From contig NC_087246.1 in assembly GCF_037042905.1 (NCBI RefSeq), positions 3,660,001 to 3,724,000 on the forward strand: a DNA stretch of 64,000 bases, read 5' to 3'. How positions within the stretch are numbered: the stretch's first letter is position 1; every line of letters starts with the position of its first letter. The notes under the pieces were generated by a model that did no database searches, was not told where the DNA came from, and saw only the letters and a list, made by a program, of their open reading frames with translations. The DNA is from Lytechinus pictus. Lineage: Eukaryota. Below are positions 38,924 to 52,682 of this stretch, piece after piece. The translations under genes and the position numbers were made by a program.

Positions 38924-41900
38924 TTTTGTCTCACCCATCAGAGGTGAAGGTGTGGCTTCCAGGGATCTAAATGGCATCCATCCATTGGACATTGTCTGTC
39001 ATCCATCCATCACAAATGTCCTATGATAGTCCAGGATAGAAGAGGCATAACCTTGTTTTTTCATATATACAATATTTTTTCATGGTTTCTTGTCAATTCG
39101 AGGGTGCTGATTACGAATCTGAATGATGCCACTCGTGTAACCTTGAGCATTTTCCGCAAATTGGCAAAATCCAATATGGCTGCCAAAATATGCAAATCAC
39201 CCATGAAAATCATAAAATTGCCAGCAGACTGGCTACAGAATGTATGTAATTGTGTTGTAGGAGTGAAATAATCTGAAAAAAACAATTTTAGAAAAAATAT
39301 TAATTGTATTGATATTCAAAATGGCCGCCATATACCCTATTATGTACAGTATGAATAGGGAAAACTATTTTTCACAAAAATGATCCCTAAACTGCAAGTA
39401 ATTGTGATCTATGGACGAAGTGATGTATGAAAATCATCAATGCTAACAAGATATATCATTTATTATGTCATGTATGGGAAAATTGTTGTATTTTATATTA
39501 AAAATAGCTACCACTGGCCCAAATAGTATTATGTACTATAGCAAAGGGGGCAAAAACAAATCACAAGAGTGAGCACTAAAATGCATATTATTAAGATAAA
39601 TGTATGGAATACTGACTAAAAACATAATTGTTCACAAATATATTATTTAATATGCCATGTATGTGATAAATGTTGTATTTTGATATTCAAAATGGCCGCC
39701 AAAGGCCCTAAAAGTATTATGTACAATGAGGAAGAGGACCAAAGAATTCACAAGAGTGAGCACTGAAATGCATTTATTTGTGATAAATAAATGGATACTG
39801 TCTAAAAAACATCATTTTTAACGAAATATATCACTTTTGTTTAAAGTTGGTGTTTAATACTTTATTTTGACTTTCAAAATGACCGCCCATAGACATATAT
39901 TGTATTATGTACAATGCGAACTGGAAATCAGTTTTCACAGGAGTGAGCACCATAAATGCAACGTAATTCTGATCTATGAGTAAAATATTGTCTGAAAGAA
40001 TAACTTATAACAAGATATATCAGTTCTCCTGCCAGGTAGGTGAAAATACTGGATTTTGAAAGTCAAAATGGCCGCTGCAGGCCCTAACATTATTATGTAC
40101 AATCTGAATGGGGACAAATTATTTTAGCAGATTTTCGCTTTGCTTGACTAAATGGTGGTGTATGAGTAAAATATTGTCTGAAAACATGATAACTATCGAA
40201 ATATATCATATTATGTAAAATTTAGGTGATTAATGTTATATTTCAAAATTCAAAATGGCCGCCACATGCCCTTTTGTGAAAATTATCTGTCCTCATTCAA
40301 ATTGTACATAATACAGTAAGGGCCATTTTCAATTTCAGAATGCAGCATTTGTCACCTTAATTACACCAGATTATGATATATCTCGTTAGAAACCATGGTT
40401 TTAGACAATATTTCACTCTTACATCACAATTATATGCATTACTTATAGTCAAGCAAAGCCAAATTCTGTCAAAATTATATGCACCAAATTACAATGTACA
40501 TAATACTTTTAGGGCTTATGGCAGCCATTTTGAATTTCAAAGTACAGCATTTATTACCTCCATCACCAACATGTAATGTATTTATTTAGAAATCATATTT
40601 AAGACAATATTTTTACTCGTACATCACAGCAACATGCATATTTTATGATTCCCACTGAAAATAAGTTTCCCTAAACGCATGTAAACATAATTTAGTTAAG
40701 GCTTGCAGCGGCTATTTTGAATGTCAAAATACAGTATTTATCACTTACATGGCAGAAGAAATGCTATCATGCTTTAAAATAACATTTTACTCATACAAAA
40801 GGATTATATGGATTTGATAGTCAAGCAAATCCAAATTCTTACAAAATTACATGTCCTCATTTACATTGTAGATAATACTGTTCGGGACTATAGGGGCCAT
40901 TTTGAATTTAACAATACAGCATTTATCTTATGCATGACAAGAGAAATGATATGTTTAGCTAGAAAACATGTTTTCAGACAATATTTTACTCGTATATCAC
41001 AATTACATGCATTTCACGTACGTATTCTTGTGAAAATTAGTTTCTCCATTCGCATTGTACATAATGTATAATGGGCCTATGGCGGCCATTTTGAATTTCA
41101 AAATACAGCTTTTATCACATAAATTGCATCTTAAATATTATATTCCGTTAAAATTGAATTTTTAGCCAGTATTCCACTCACTTATCTTAATAATATGCAT
41201 TTTAGTACGAAGTCTTGTGATTTTCTTTTGTCCCCATGAACATTATACATATTACTGTCAGGGCGTTTGGTGGCTTTTTTAATACTAAAATGCTTCATTT
41301 ATTACATATATGACATAACAAATGATAACTTTCGTTAGCAATCTTGTTTTCATCCATTAGTTCACAAAAAAAATCACATTTACTTGCATTTAGTGCCCAC
41401 TTTTGTGAAAATTATTTTTTCCCATTCATATTGTACATAAAGATGAATACAGCGGTCTATGGCGACCATTTTAAATATCAAGAAAATAAATATTTTTTCA
41501 AAAATCGTTTTTTCACAGAGTATTTCACCCCTGCGACACAATTACATACATTTTGTAGCCAATCTGCTGGCAGTTTTATGATTTTCATGGGTAATTTGCC
41601 TATTTCGGCGGCCATATTAGATTTTGCCAATTTGCGGAAAATGCTCAAGGTTACACAAGTGGCATCATTCAGATTCGTAGTCAGCACCCTCGAATTGACA
41701 AGAAACCATAAAAAAATATTGTATATATGAAAAAACAAGGTTTGGTCAGTTTTCTATGGGGCCTATCCTGGACTATGATCCATAACTTGCCAACTGGTGG
41801 TCCAATGGCAGTCAAACTGTGTTAGATGCACAAGGGGTACCATAATGATTCAGTGATGTCAGAGGTTACATGGTAGGGTCAAAGGTCATTTGAGGTCATA

Positions 41901-42060
41901 CATTAAAGTATACTTGCAAGAATCTGAGAAGTACTGTAACTTTCAACCGTTTTTCACTTTTTAATAAAACTTTTGACATGGATGCACTTGGGGTTAGATC
42001 ACGTTGCATACTGTTTGATGTCACATGGTGAGGTCAAAGGTCAGAAGTTGGATATTTGCA
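38924..42060 (+). mobile_element. Old Helentron-associated element split by the Academ-like insertion (pieces ~38924-39026 and ~41776-42060)
   Basis: TTTTGTCTCACC head and (CATC)n microsatellite before the insertion. GGTCAAAGGTCA-containing body after it, as in the 9603-10572 element. Confidence 0.55.
39027..41775. mobile_element. Academ-like non-autonomous foldback transposon (2749 bp)
   Basis: TGA|TAGTCCAGGATAG ... CTATCCTGGACTA|TGA: TAG...CTA termini and a 3-bp TSD. The inverted arms stay highly similar for several hundred bp, and ~187-bp internal repeats run in opposite orientation in each arm. Confidence 0.85.
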
Positions 42061-43025
42061 TATGTCATGTCGTGTAATGTCATCACTTACTACATACATG
42101 TATAGCATCATCACTTCATAGATCAAATTTGGTCATTGACATGCAACTTACATAGTTCATGGTGACGTCATTGACTGTCATTGTGCTCTATGCTGTGCAT
42201 CGAATTGCTTTCATTATACGCGTTGTATATTTCACGCATTCGCTCATGCACACTAGACTGTTGAATACGGTCTCAAATTCAACAGCAAGTTTTGTACAGG
42301 AGCCTATGGAATATTCATCTGATTTCCGTCATTTTAGGGATGCGCTCTGGTATTAAATGGGAAATTGATGCGGACCAAATTATGCGTTTTTAATGTCTCA
42401 CTAAAACACTCTACAAAAATGAAAATTAATTTTGCCTGCCATCCTATTTTGTGAAATTCTTATCAACCTTTGTTATGGATGTACTGGGGCAACCTCATGT
42501 CATGTTGTCACGGGTGGATGATACACAATCTGGCCTTGTTTATGAAATTGTGTTTACAGATTGCTCAATTTTTTTTCATATTTGTAATGTGTAGCGCTCT
42601 AGGTGTGTTTAGTTTTATAAAGAAAACAGAGGAAAACTATCCAATTCACAGTTTTAGTTTCAGTTTTTAGAAAAACATAACACTTCTATGAAAAATATAT
42701 CCCCATGTAAAAATAAATCTTAAAACAAATCTTACTAAATCTTACATGTACATAGGTAATCAATGATATTTTATTGCTATTTGAAAGTGAAATCAAATTA
42801 GTCACTTGTGATTGCTTCTTTGTCACAAGTGCTTATCAGACATAGACCATGCAGTGGATCTAGATTTTTTTTTCTGAGGTAATTTGAATGTTTGGAGAAT
42901 GATTGTCCCATTTATAAAGAGGTGATGATAATCTCTTGTATTTTTTAAGTTAAAAAAAGTGACAAAACATGTATAGGCCTAGAAGCAAATACAACACTTA
43001 ATATCATGTGTTGCCCTTGACAATT

Positions 43026-43325
43026 ATTCCCTGAATTGACCCCCTTAACGAGTACAACGATATCTTATTTGTTGTGATCACATCCGTGACATAACAATTA
43101 AGATAAATACATAGATCTAGTGTTGGGGGCAAAAAGTACATCCTTTATAAAGTATTTTAGACTTTTTATACCCTCGTAAATTGGACCGTAAACACATAGT
43201 TTTCCTAGCGAAATATATACCCATTTTTCATTATTTTAGTGTTTTTGACACCCTTATTACATTACGTACGTAACATACCCTATCTTGAAAAAAAAATCAT
43301 TTTTTACATGTTTTTTTGGTCAATG
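43026..43325 (+). mobile_element. Degenerate 5'-truncated copy of the 69-588 MITE
   Basis: Colinear similarity to ~210-588 (GTGTTGGGGCAAAAAG.ACATCCTTTATAAA ... GTGTTTTTGACACCCTTAT ... TTACGTACGTAAC). Confidence 0.8.
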
Positions 43326-46300
43326 GAAGTGCCCCTCCCCGTGGGTATGGAGTGTTACCATCTTATCACATGCTATCATACATGTACGTGTATTTGGATC
43401 TATCATCTTAAATCATATACCCTATCATACATGTATTGTATGTGATCCATCGTCTCTAAATACCCTATCATACATATGTACATGTATTTTGAAAGTGGAA
43501 TTGGAGAATCATTGATTTTTGTCTTCAATAGGGGGCATGGAGGATATCATCCTCATACCACCACAAATAAGAAATGTTTGCCGAGTGATGATTACTGCTG
43601 TTGTGTCCCTTTCTTAGAAATGATGACCTACCAAATCAATAACTGAGAGAAGTCTTTCCTTTGTGCATTTCATGTAATCCTTTTAAGGTGTCTAAGAATA
43701 GTCATTCTTGGAAAATGAGAGTTGAACCTCGATTTCGATCCTCTAAGAAGAAAGATATTATCTAACGATTCATGCATTAAAGATGTTATTAGGATTATGT
43801 TTGCTCAGTATCAACCAAGGGATAAACCAAACTTTCACTGTAGAAAAGGCTTTCTTGGAAAGCATTTCTATTGTAAACTCTGAGATTTTTGAGGAAGTTC
43901 TTGTTTTTACTCATGAAGAAGATTAAAGGCTATCTTTTATATAGTTTTAATCATCAGCATCATTATTATTATTATTATTATTATTATTTTTTTTTTATTA
44001 TTATTGTCATTATTATTATTATTAATATTATTATTATTAATATGGAGCTGCTGCTTGCATAATTATGATGTCACAAAGTGTTCAAAATTGATTTTTGTGT
44101 ACTCTACTACTCTTTTATTCTTTAATGGATTTTCAGAAATATTTATCATTGGGGTTGACTTGCCCATTGATTTTTACCAATTTTCACATTCTTCCTGTAG
44201 ATTTATAAACTTTTTTTTTACTGAATTTGACATTGTTTTCCAGAATATTATCATCATGTATATAAAAAACTTCTGACATGGCTGTGGTTTATCTCCACAT
44301 TATCTCTGTTAAAGTTATACCCCAAAGAGAAAAAAGTGAGAGAAAAAGGGTACACTGATTTCACCCACTCGATCCAAAATGGAAAACTAAAGGTTTTTTT
44401 TGTACATTTTAAAAGAAAGAAGTTTGTTATCCATTTTAGTTTACTGCCTGGTGAAACAAAAGATGTATTGCACATGAGAGTGAATTCTGATCCTCTTTAT
44501 TGGTGTCAAATTACTTTTGTAGAAATAAGATGATTACAATTTCAGGATCTTTGTTATCATATCTCTTTGACTGTCCTACTTTTTCAAATATTTGATGAAA
44601 GTCAAACATGAATCAACCAGGGGGGTTAGGGGGTCACTACCATTACAAGGTGGACACTATGCCTGTCAATTGATTTTCAAAAAGGACTTCAGATTACCCT
44701 ATTAAACAAATATTTTGTCACATTTTTCCCCACTCTAAATAATATTAAGTAGGCTATTCTGCTTTTATTTTAGAGTGAAATAAATATGTACCCTTTTCAC
44801 CATGAACCATGCTCACAAGGCTGTTGAAAAGTATTTTTGTCATGGTTTTGACATTTTTAAAATTACCCATACAAATGAGGTTTTGTCATAGACATGAGGT
44901 TTATTACAAGAGATTTCTATATTTTCATCATCATCAATTATAATTCTGATTCAATCATCAAAATTATTTGAAATCAATTGCTTGTTTTTTGTGTGATTTT
45001 GTTCTGGAATATGACTTGAATAAAGCATGTAATTTTAAAAATGATCTTTCAGGTATGATATTTGTGGAGGTGGATGATGGATTAATTTATGTAAGGTTAG
45101 TCAGAGGAGCTGGTAGATAGAAACAAAACTAGATATTGATCTGCGTAGGCGTTAATGATAGAGAGTGGTCTCAAATGTTTTCTGTGAGTTTTCAAATACC
45201 ATTAAAATAAGTGTTTAGCAATTGATGTACAATGAACGAATTATTTCAAATCCCTGCATTTATCATGGACAAATAAATTGTATGTCTCCGCATATTCTGG
45301 ACAAACAGAACTTACATTGTCAGAAAATGCCCAAATGTACAGGTACATGCACCAATCTACATGTGCATGTAGTTTTTGTAGGGCACATTTCTGCATCAAA
45401 TATAACCATTTTAAAAGTAAAAAAAGAAAGATTTTTAAATGTGGGTCACTTGCATATTTTTACTGTTGATGTTGATGCTTAGAACTGGATATTTAGTGCT
45501 TTATCGTCACAGTGTATGTAAAAACTAAATCAATTTCGGGAATGCAGATTATATTTTGCAAAGGTACCTAACCCAATGGTAAAAAAAAATAGCAATTTTC
45601 ATGCACAGAAGTGCTCCTAGATTAACATGAGTTTTTCCCTATTTTTGTTTGTTACTACACTTAACCAATCACTCTACAGCGATGTTGCTCATGGTACAGA
45701 AATTGAAGAAGAGAGAGTGTGACCATGAATATGTGATATTATTAAAACATTCGTGAGTGGGATTTCCAATCAAACACTGCATGTTATTGTAGTAATAAAC
45801 ATGTGGTTGGTTGGCTATAGTAGAACTTTGGAAAATTAAATTGTGTATTGTTTTGAAATTCTAATCATCTTTAGCACAGGAGAGGGCAAAAAGCTTAAAA
45901 TAACCACGAGTTATGTTTACAGTCTCATACATGTAGTTTGAAATAGGTTCATTTGTGAATAACTCTGGGCTTTGGAAGAGAGAGCAGAAGTCTTTGTACA
46001 ACAATATTTCAATTTGCAACAAAATGATATTTCAATTGAAAAACATTTTTTTTGTGTGTAAAAAATTCAGGAAGATGATTTATACATCAAAAAGTTTTTG
46101 AATTGATGGAGAGTGTTCTCAATTCTATTTTCATGTTTTTAAAAGACTTTATTGCACATCCAAACTTTACTCTCCAGTTCAACAGAGTTCATTGTAAAAT
46201 GTCTTATTTCATGGGAATATTGCTCACTGATAAGTGTGCATATGACTTGTCCATCATCGTCAAAATTTGAATTTCTATGATTCCTGCACATGAAAAAATA

Positions 46301-47405
46301 CAAAAATATGGCAACTTGTAAATATGCTAAAATAGGGAGAAAAAAATCATTACAAAGCCTTGGCATTTGAGTCACATCTTTGTTTATTTGACTGCATCAA
46401 TATGCAGCCCTGCAACAGAATAGGTACATGTAGCAGTCACTTACATGTAAGTAACTCGTATGTCGCTCAAAGAAACACAGGTCTGTCACTGGTACAAACA
46501 GCATGTAAAAATAGTTGTTGCAGCTTTAAACAAGGTTAGGTGTAACATTACCTTCATTCATGTTAACAAGAATGGGATCTAGAAAGAGGTAATTTTACCT
46601 TGTGCTTTGTTAACACAGTATAAACAAATATAACAACTCTAAAATAGTGAGCAACTAGTGCAAGGTGGTGCGCTTTTTTAGAGTATGCCTAATGTGACGT
46701 TGTACGAGAAGGCCAAAAGTTACTCTTTTCTTGCTCCAACTCCAAGAATGGAATTATTTTATTGGAAAAGAGAGTGAAAATGTTTTTCCTTCCTATCATT
46801 AGTAAGACGACATATCGGGGGCGGGGTTGAAGCGTATGCGACCCCCACCCCTCCCCCCTTATTTTGGCACAAAAAAAAGGTTTTAAAAAATAGAAAGGGA
46901 AGGAGAGGAGAAAGAAAAGTGAATAAGATAAAGTGAAGGGACGAATTGGAAAATAGAAAATCTTTCCTGTCACTGAATCAAATTTTCCTTGCCTTCGCAT
47001 TACCTGTTGAATGTGATAGAGGATTAAATGATGCTTAAGTCTCAAAATTTTGAAGTGTTTATGCAAAAAGTATTTCAGCTAGCACATTAAGTTTTATTTA
47101 CACATCCTGTTTATGATTTTTAAACAGTGCACGATAAAATGTCCCGTTATGAGGTCTATATATTAAAACATTTTCAGCACCTGCTGCACAGTCGCAGTAT
47201 TTGATTTGAGTTCTACAAATTTCCCTTTTTCCATTTCAGTTAATTAAAAATTTCTGCTCAATCGCACTAATTTTTTATAGTCAAATGAGTCCATGCCTCC
47301 TGTTACAGAAAGTGCTAGAATAAGAAACATCCTGTTTGTAAAAATTAAGCTAAAATATGCTTACATGTACCACCGCAACCAACACCAAACAGATTTTAGC
47401 TCAAT

Positions 47406-47781
47406 AGGCAGCGCTGCACCAGCCCGAGTTTGCTCAATCTCGGGATTTTAACTTGATCGGCCCTTTTCGCGATTAATCTTGAGATTCAAGAAACCCCGTC
47501 TCCACCATTGCAAGAAGAGCGATTCCTGCTCGAGCGAGGCATCGATGCATTATGGTCTGACGCCGTGAATAAATAATCCCGAGTGCGTCTGCACTTGCGA
47601 ATTAGCGGGATAATTTGTAAAATAGAGTGACTTGGGATTGCAATCTCGAAAATTAATCCAGCGAACTAGCGCGATAATTTTGTCTCCATTACAAATAATC
47701 TCGAGATTGTTCAGATTGTAATAATTTGCCAGATCAGAAATAGCGCGCTAATTTGAAAACTGGGGCTGTAGCAGATGGCCC
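47406..47781. mobile_element. Probable MITE (CpG-rich, repeated AATCTCG/CGAGATT motifs)
   Basis: CpG-rich island with weak terminal inverted similarity (GCTGCACCAGCCC / GGGGCTGTAGCAG) and recurrent internal motifs. TSD not resolved. Confidence 0.4.
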
Positions 47782-48845
47782 TTTTGAGAGGCCGATTGGG
47801 GAAAGTCAAGATTTAAAAATTCTTGGTCCCCCTCCCTATCAATCCACCCCAGAAAGAGAAAGCTTAAAATCCATTAAAAAAAATTTGCATGATGATTGAT
47901 GATTCCCTCAGTCTCAAATACTAACAGATATGGAAGAGAGTGTAGCAAATACTTTTAGTAAATATTACCTGACAGTTACATGTATCTATAAAAAATTATG
48001 AAATAAAGAACTTGTTATCAACTTTTTCCATATGCTCTTGGTCCCATCTTCTTTTAAATTGATATCTATTATGAACATGTTCGTGCGAGTTGGCGACTAT
48101 TATGTGCATAATTTCTGTATAGGAGCTGCTCATTAGATCATGGAATTATAATTAGAGTTTATTTATAGACATGGGTGATGTGCAGACATGATGGTTGGTG
48201 GGTAGTATGTAAGACTTGTTTATCTCTCTTCCATCTCCCTGCATTGTTTAGTTTGTCTATTTTAAATGTTGACCTTTATTTTACTCATTTATCAGTCATT
48301 CTATCTGTCTATTTACATGTAAGTAAGAAGAGTATTGAAATGAGAGATGGAGGTAATATATTACTCCTAGTATTCAATTAAGAAAAATATAGCATCACCT
48401 TTAGGCCGTCTCCCCCAGCGAAATACTCGAGCACCTCGCCTACAGTATGGGCATTTTTTCAATTTTTGTTAAAGCGGGCAAGTTCACGCAAACAAAATTT
48501 TTGCTCAATAAAAAGAGAAAAATCTGATAAGTATCATAGAAAATAATAAGTATCAGATGTGAAGTAGGAAACTAAATAACTTTTGCTTAATTTCATGAAA
48601 CAGTCGTAAGTACCACACAGGCTTTATGCAAATGAGAAAGCCGATGATGTCACACTCACTATTTCTCTTCAGTGGAACTTTTTTAGGATGGAGTTGACCT
48701 TTAAATTTAAACTGGGAAGATTCAACTTATGAAACATTGGAGTTTGCTCTGTTTGATTTCTTCCTTGTCTACATTACAGTTGATCAAAATAATTCAGCTC
48801 ACTAAATTCTTTATCTTTCTTTTTGAAATTTCATTATTTTTGTAG

Positions 48846-48978
48846 AAAAAGTCTCGGCAGGAGAGCAAAGGAGCAGGTAGTGGAGTGGAGATACTCATAA
48901 ACCAACCCTATGAAGATGGCCCAGGAGGGACCGGACAGTATACACATAAAGTGTATCACATAGGTAGTCATTTACCAG
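48846..48978 (+). CDS. PITPNM: PITPNM coding exon 2: [44 protein letters not shown](G)
   Basis: Acceptor TTTTTGTAG|, donor CAG|GTAAGG, 133 nt, phase 0 to 1. Contains the GVEIL and [13 protein letters not shown] motifs. Confidence 0.97.
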
Positions 48979-49121
48979 GTAAGGAACAAGAGGGAGGTGA
49001 TGGAGTGGGTAGGAGCAGGAGGAGGAATGGGGGGGGGGGGATAGTTGGGAGTAGAAGAGTAGGAGGGGGGGGGGGGGGTATAGTTGAATGTGCAGATTTT
49101 TCTTAAGGAGCTGGACAATTA

Positions 49122-49395
49122 AATAATAGTAATAATACAAAGTTCTTGTAGGCGCATATCACATTATGATTATAACATCCGTATGCGCTTACAAAGGACT
49201 TGGATATTATTACCCCGGCTTTAGTTTGGCGTCCATAATTACAACACACGCATTTCAATTAAGGAATTTCTACCTAAGTGCAGCACAATATGGTGAATTC
49301 CTTGCTGAAGGAAAATATGCCATGGCTGGGATTTGAACCCACGGACCTCTGTTTCAAAGTCCGGAGAGTAATCCACTGGGCCACACCGCACCGCT
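49122..49395 (-). mobile_element. tRNA-derived SINE, near full length
   Basis: On the minus strand: A-box TGGCCCAGTGG, B-box GGTTCAAATCC, a body, and a 3' tail ...ATGCGCCTACAAGAACTTTG(TAT)n. A related tail lies on the + strand at ~56355-56422. Confidence 0.75.
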
Positions 49396-49476
49396 TCACA
49401 AATATCCAAGTAAAGTGTATCGCATACGGAAGGTACACGTTAAGAAGGAGAGAGGGCCCAGGGAGAAGGAGAGGGT

Positions 49477-49647
49477 GGAGTAGAAGGGTAGGAGAGGCAT
49501 CGCATGGAAGGAGAAGGAAGGGAGTTGGGAGCAGCAGGAGAGGAGATGATTTGGGTGAAGAATAGGTTGGAGCAGAAGGGTAGGAGAGGCATTGCATGGG
49601 AGGAGCAGGAAGTGAGTTGGGAGCAGCAGGAGAGGAGATGATTTGGG
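49477..49647. repeat. ~93-bp purine-rich tandem duplication
   Basis: GGAG.AGAAGGGTAGGAGAGGCAT.GCATGG...GGAGAGGAGATGATTTGGG occurs twice. Confidence 0.85.
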
Positions 49648-52139
49648 AGAAAGAAAAGGGGGAGGGGGCATTTGAATGCATATTTAATCTAGAGGGACTG
49701 GGGGTTGATGAGCAAATGGGGAGAAGAGGGATTCATAAGGAGATGGAGGGAAGGTTTTTTTTTTTTTTATGTGGAGATTATTCTAGAGCCTGGGTTCTGA
49801 ATCTATGGGCTGATGTCACCCATGAGACAATTTGGTGCGGCCCGCCAAAAACAAAATGGTCATCACTGAGTATCATCTAGCCCAGATGGAGACTGCAGCT
49901 TTTGTCTAAGTTACCTTTACAATTCTGATGCTGCTTCACGAAAACGTCTGCAACGGTCTGATTCGGAAGAAATCAAAGACATTCAGAAAGGATAATATAA
50001 TCTTTTGTACATAAATTCAAAATTTGAAAATAGGAAAGCAGTTCCATGGCATGAATTTCTGCTCACACAAAACTTGTTTACATGCTAGATATGCATTTTA
50101 TTTGTCAGCTTATTGTCATGTTGGAACAGAACTAAACCAACAATTTATCACCTTGGGTAACACATACACTTAAAGCAACATTAATTATGAGGTAATGATT
50201 TAGTGTCAGGTACGTTTGCAGTGATATGAATCGGATACTTTCTATTTCATTAGTATGTAGCTCTGATTCAGTTTATGTAGTTTTTTTCTTAGTATAGTAT
50301 AGAGGTTTTATTTTTGTAGCTTCCTTCCATGCTATCTTATCAGATATTTAGGGATGTTTTACTGACAAGGAGCCCGGGGAGTAGTCATGTGGAGCACTTT
50401 AGAGGCAGCCTATAGATTCATCTGTTCAAACAAATTTCCTCAGTCTGACCTTTTCTCAAGTGCCAGAAGCTCAGAGTTTCCTCACATAACAGGTTTAGCA
50501 AAAAGCTTCTATAAGAAGAAATATGACCAGATTTGGCAAAACAAGGCTCTTGCAGCCAACAAATAAAGTCTGATTTTCACACTATTAAGGTGAAGTGAAA
50601 TCAAATCAAAATGAACATTGGGGTAAAACTGATTCAAAATATTGTCAAATTGTCTGAATTCCAGCATAAGATTCTTGCAAGTGATTAGCCTACAATCTGA
50701 TATTTATAATGATAATCATAATAACAACAATTGTATAGCACTTAATACAATGTAAGTGCTGCATTCTATTATTCTGGACAGCTTTCTGGTGACCATACGT
50801 TGCAATAGAGCACAGCAGACACTTAAACAAGCAACTCCCTACACAGTTGTTACAGCACTCAGATTTATATTGGTTTTCAATTTTTTTTTTTGCAGAACCC
50901 ATGCACAAACCTCTATATTTATTCAATGTCTTTAATATGTTAGTGATTTCTAAACATATCTTGCTCAAATAAACATCACCTGCTTTTTAAATTGATAAAT
51001 GAACATTACCATTGTTGTAATTATCATGCCAACCAGCTGACAAAGTATTTCAATATATATCCAAGATACCATCTCTCACTCCACCGAATCTTTATCTTTC
51101 AAGTAAAAATAGATTAATCTTGTAAAAAGAAGTGATACCTTTTTGAATAATTGAACTTTTGATGGAGAGGATTTATTTTTCAGTTGAGACATTCCTGGCA
51201 GTTGGTGAATTGAGCATTTCTAAATATATTTAAGGATTTTACAGAAATTTCAAAAATTCAGTTCTTAGACAAACAAATTTACCTGTTGGGCTGTTTATTC
51301 TTTAGATTTTATCAGTTTTAAAATAGCTTTTTTTGGCATGTTTCATAAACCTAGAGTTATGACTATTGTAACTTTGCAATTATGGCAATTAATCACGGAA
51401 GCATTGATTTTGATTGGCTGTTGAGCCATGTTACCATGGTAGTTGCCTTAAGTTACTATTGTTGTAACTCTTTATGGTCCTAGCTTGTTTCATTTTCATA
51501 CATTTTCAAAAATGTTAATAGTATTACCCATTTTGATAAATAATTAAATTGAGATGTTTTCCTCCATTCACTCATAATCGAATTTCTCCATGGATTTTGT
51601 GAGATAATCAGCCTGATTGAATTATGTACATGACACTACTAAATGAACTGTTGGGAGACAGGAATCCCCTGAGATTTATGTTATGATGACATCATAATGT
51701 AAACATATAGTAGTGGAATGTGATGTCATAAAGTACTCTCCATGGTACTCTGAACTTCTGAAGTAGCAGGATGGCATTAAAATGCAATATTTGTCATTGA
51801 AGGGAAAAAATTGTAAGATGATGCTGTAGAAAGGGGCTAAATGAGATGTGAAGAATTTGTAATTGTTACAAAGTTTGAATAAGTAAGCGTATTGCATGCA
51901 TTTTACTTACATGTACTTCATCTATTGAATAAATTTTGGAGTTCACATTACCCTATATTTTTTTAATGAGTTACCAAAAAGATATCAAACAAATCAAAAA
52001 ATTTTCATGTCTTTAATTTCATTTTGTTTTGTGATTTCTATATAATTTTTTCAAGATTAATTTTAAATGATTAATAAGATTTTTGTAGTGGATTTTGTAA
52101 ATCATCGCATCTTATCACAGTTTTTTTTTTTACTTCCAG

Positions 52140-52343
52140 GTTGGTTTCGTGCAATATTACCGAAAACGGCATTACGGGTTGAAGAAGAGTCGTGGAATGC
52201 GTACCCTTATACGAAGACACGTTACACGTGTCCTTTTATTGAGAAATTTTCCTTAGAAGTAGAAACGAAGTACTTACCAGATGCGGGTCATCAGGATAAT
52301 GTTTTTAATTTGTCCAGTGGAGAAGCTAAAAGTAGATATATAG
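52140..52343 (+). CDS. PITPNM: PITPNM coding exon 3: (G)WFRAILPKTALRVEEESWNAYPYTKTRYTCPFIEKFSLEVETKYLPDAGHQDNVFNLSSGEAKSRYI
   Basis: Poly-T tract then TTCCAG| acceptor, donor TAG|GTGAGT, 204 nt, phase 1 to 1. Contains the EESWNAYPY motif and CPF.EKFS, typical of class IIA PITPs. Confidence 0.97.
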
Positions 52344-52682
52344 GTGAGTGGGCTGTTTCATTATATTTTCTTTATGATTTATACATTGTTAAAATAAATA
52401 CGTGTACCCCCGCCAAATTAAGTTTAATAGGGATGTAGGAATCAGCGTTAAGTTGGATGGCCAGAGGCAGTTGGTCAGGCAGTCTGAACATTGCAAATCT
52501 TGTAGATCAAACTATTTTTACAGTTTTTGCCCAATGTGGACTCACTGCAGGCATTGGTAATAGAATTAATTCATGCAAAATATATTTTTAATGTGTCAAG
52601 CATAGTTTTGCAATGGTAATGGCATATTTTGGCAATAAATCTGGGATAAATTGGAAATCAAATTTCTTACTTAAATAATAGT

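Noticed and set aside
41344..41738. ORFs mirrored at 39023-39285 that might be transposase remnants
   Set aside because: They are the two arms of the inverted repeat translated on opposite strands, with no DDE or helicase motifs.
49315..49395. tRNA gene on the minus strand
   Set aside because: It has A/B boxes but no convincing acceptor stem, and it continues into a SINE body and (TAT)n tail.
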